From Flectonema sp. DT1601 (Eukaryota): a stretch of 64,000 nucleotides of DNA. A program made the position numbers and the translations under genes. Positions 60,899 through 64,000 of the stretch are shown one piece after another. The stretch lies in NCBI GenBank assembly GCA_964019425.1, contig OZ025780.1:1426001-1490000 (forward strand). Direction: 5' to 3'. The notes below the pieces were generated by a model, which searched no databases, was not told the DNA's origin, and was given only the letters and a program-made list of their open reading frames with translations. Numbering within the stretch: position 1 is the stretch's first letter; each line of letters starts with the position of its first letter.

Positions 60899-61029
60899 TG
60901 ATGGGTTTATCTGTGAAAAGAAGTTGAGGAAAGACACCTCAAATTTATTTACCTAAGAAACAGAAAAAAGGCATTCCATCCTGTCTTACTTGAGAACTGA
61001 TGGAACTCTTTGGTCATTAGCCTTGTGGT

Positions 61030-61240
61030 GACGCTCCGTTTGTGCATATCCAACATGCAGAAGTTACCAATGTCAACTCTACTAAACTTGAATGCATAGT
61101 GAGATTGTTCCTTTATTAGTTTGTCATAGTCATTCTCAACAATCTTGCATGAAGCTCGACCACGAACATTTTCTAGTGTCTTACCATAGACTGCATTGTT
61201 CAGCAACTTGTAAACATCTTTCTGGAATTCATTCTTAGTC
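61030..61240 (-). mobile_element. Fragment of a protein-primed DNA polymerase B (Polinton/Maverick/adintovirus type)
   Basis: KNEFQKDVYKLLNNAVYGKTLENVR matches the PolB motif B in its Polinton-type form (KLxNNxxYGKTxENVR); only ~70 aa remain. Confidence 0.8.
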
Positions 61241-64000
61241 AACATCATTAAAGAAGACAACCTGCTGAATGTAAAAAGCAAAAAATAAATAGTTGAAAAT
61301 AATTACCAATACTGAAAAGTAACGGACACGTCTGTTCTGTTTGTTTTTTTGTTTTCTATTTTTTTTCTTTTTTTTGAACAATCAAGAGGGTTGCGACGCC
61401 CACTGACTAAAACTCAACAAATGAGGGGACTCAGGAATTGGAAAGCAAACGCAAAACGAAGGAGCGCAGTGAGGTGCTTGTCTGTAGTAGAAAGAAGCCA
61501 TACCCATAAGTAGCTTGAACAAAGTCAATATCAAAATCTTCCTTTTCTTGGATACATTTACTTTGTAAGTAATAGGCAACACAGGAGGAAAGATATTTTC
61601 CTACCATATCATTAAACCATCTTTTAACTCTACTCTGTCTAGTACTGGGAAGGGGAAGGGTTCAGAAACTTATGACTAATAACAACTACCCCGAGGGACA
61701 CACAACTCCCGAGGTCTGCAGTTGAAATTTTTTGTTTGGACGTTCGTTTCAAAACTCAATTTTTGGGAAAACAGATCACATCAGACAATCACATCAGACA
61801 GTACTAAAATATTGTTCTATTCACTCATTGAACTGCCTTCTCCTTAACTACAGTTAATCACTAACTTCTAAGGAAATAAAAATTTTTTTTTTCCAACCAA
61901 CTGTCAAGCAATCATAACCTGATATCGTTTCTACAACTAAAGATTTGTCTAGGGTTGGGTGGGAAGGGAGGAGGAGCAAGTAGGGGGGGGGAAAAAAAAA
62001 CTGGGATTTCAATCTTCCTTTTTTTTCTATTCCCCTCTTTGATGACCAGTATTCACAGCAGAGGTATTTCCTCTTAAACAGGATCTCAACTTTTTTTTTT
62101 TTTTTTTTTGTGCATTGTGAGCTGAACTAAGACTAACAAAGTCATGTACAAATACATCAACCCAACCACAGTAATATATGATACGCTCATCGTTGTCCAA
62201 GTGACAGACACCGAGGAGAGAGGGAAAAGAAACGAATCGCAGGTATGATGTGACAACTGTTGTCGCATGCGTATCTCTTTTTGAGAAACGAGTGTATGCT
62301 GTCAACCAATGACCACTACATACCAAATACAAGGCTTCCTCAGTATCAATCTATGTGAGGAAAGTATAAGATCAAAAGAACAATATTAAAAAGAATTAAA
62401 TGCAAAAAAGACCATGTTTCAAACATTAGATTTTCTTATTAAAATATAAAGGCAAGAATTAGTTGGTAGAATAAATCGTTCATCAGTGAAATAATAAATA
62501 AGGAAACCTCACACAAGTTAGATCAAATGAAACAGTATTAAGTTTGATAAGAGGGGTAAGTCGATACGTCTTTTATTGCTTTTTTTTCCTTAAAATCTTA
62601 TTAGAAGGAGGGAGATGTACCCAAATGCCACAAAACGAAAAAAAAAACTCTCACAAAAATAATGAAATCAACGCTGTGTACACATTTCCATTACAGGAAA
62701 GTAATCTGTACCGTCGCTTCGCGGTTAAAGACTGAGGGAGTTGAGGGAAGAAAAGATAGATAAAAATGAAAAACCGACCACAATTCGCAGTCTGACTAAC
62801 TCAAAACCGAAAAATACAGAAGGAATGAGGAAGAAAGTAAATCGACAATCCTTTCTTTGTCAATTGAAACTGTTTTTTTTCTTTTTTTTAAAGGAAGACA
62901 ATAAAATATTCATAAAGAGGTACGTAGAGGAATCCTCAAACGGAGAACCTTTGTCAAGTAATTTAATTTTGTTGTTGATGTTGTTGTTGTTGTCGTTTTT
63001 TTTTTTTTTTTTTCTTGCCAACGGAAAAATTGGTCTAAAGGGAAAAAATATTTAATAAATAATAATAGAACTGGTGTTTCCACAGTCGCACATGAAAAAA
63101 TATAGAATAAACTGTCCAGTGGCTGCCTGTGGGATACCCACAACGCAACCCACGTAAGCATACATTACCAACAAAAACACTGCTAGTTTGTTGTTGGTTC
63201 ATGGATCGCAAATTGTAGGGGGGAAAAAAAAAAAGGGCAGGACGTCAAACCCGTAGTAAGTTCTTATTTTATTTTTTTTACATCAAGACAACTGCAACTA
63301 CTCACTGACCAACTAAATGGCAAAAAAAAAAAAAAAATAATAATATTATTATTAAAGTACAACACAACAATATTTTGATTTGGTTTTTTTTTTTTTTTTT
63401 TTTGTCTGGAAGTCTCAACGAAAAAATATACTGTGAGAACAGCAGACAAACATCTTTTTTTTTAATTTTATAATGAAAAAAAAAAAAGCTGAACAACACC
63501 AAGTAAAGTTCTAAAGGAGATTATGCGGCCTCACCTGGTCTTCGAAACAAAATGTTGAGCACTGTCGTTTCGCAGAGCCTCAGCATTTTGAACGTAAAAA
63601 GACTAGTTAAGTGGTCTCAAAATACACAATCAAAAAAAAGAGAAAAATGAAAGGGGAAAAAAAAAAAAAAAGGTTCTTCAAAGTAGACAGCCTACGTATG
63701 TCAAATATCTACGGAGACAACAAAAACTCAGCGATCGTCAGCTTCTACGATTCGCTGATATTTTTTTTAACTACTTATGTAATGAGGTGTCGGTAATTTA
63801 TTTTTTTTTTTTTTCCGGAAGTTCAATTTCCATAACTAAGACCATAAAAGGTTAGCAAAATATTACATATGTTGCCACACATTTTTGTTCCTCCTTTTTT
63901 TTTTTTTTTTTTCTTTTTCGATCTCACATTAAACAAACATGTCACCTTATGGCATAAATAAATTGCTGATACCCCATCTGGGATCGCTTTATTTCTTTTT

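Noticed and set aside
60911..60952. 42-nt GT-AG segment that could splice the PolB fragment onto the CRN-like gene
   Set aside because: It is shorter than the other introns and has a pyrimidine-rich 3' end unlike them; better read as a trans-splice acceptor. Not excluded without RNA data.
1..64000. tRNA, rRNA, SL RNA, snoRNA genes or telomeric repeats
   Set aside because: None recognised by eye; a covariance-model search is needed to exclude them.
1..64000. Alternative genetic code or non-canonical introns
   Set aside because: Conserved proteins translate correctly with the standard code, TAA/TAG/TGA all occur as terminators, and all reconstructed introns are GT-AG.

Overview
AT-rich eukaryotic genomic DNA with abundant poly-A/poly-T tracts. 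All ~23 credible protein-coding genes lie on the minus strand in one unbroken head-to-tail cluster, with gaps as short as ~85 nt, and are interrupted by short GT-AG introns. This combination suggests polycistronic transcription with spliced-leader trans-splicing plus cis-introns, as in a diplonemid-like euglenozoan (inference, not proven). Recognisable genes: PB1/F-box/Kelch protein, p24/emp24-GOLD, alpha/beta hydrolase, Kv potassium channel, prolyl 4-hydroxylase, MFSD5-type molybdate transporter, HemF, a membrane-anchored Ufd2-core/E2 (UBC) fusion, CNH-ankyrin, UBL-ankyrin, saposin/Canopy-like protein, ELO fatty-acid elongase, a mucin-TM-MYND protein and NADP-IDH. Main oddities: (1) 13 of 14 reconstructed cis-introns have an A(C)-rich tract before the 3' AG and often a U-rich 5' half, whereas putative trans-splice acceptors upstream of start codons are pyrimidine-rich; (2) a composite mobile locus at ~58.8-61.3 kb containing a Polinton-type DNA polymerase B fragment, a frameshifted Crinkler-like HNH effector gene and a Helitron-like element; (3) several unusual domain fusions; (4) a HemF that resembles the cyanobacterial type. 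All assignments come from reading motifs by eye; no database searches were run.
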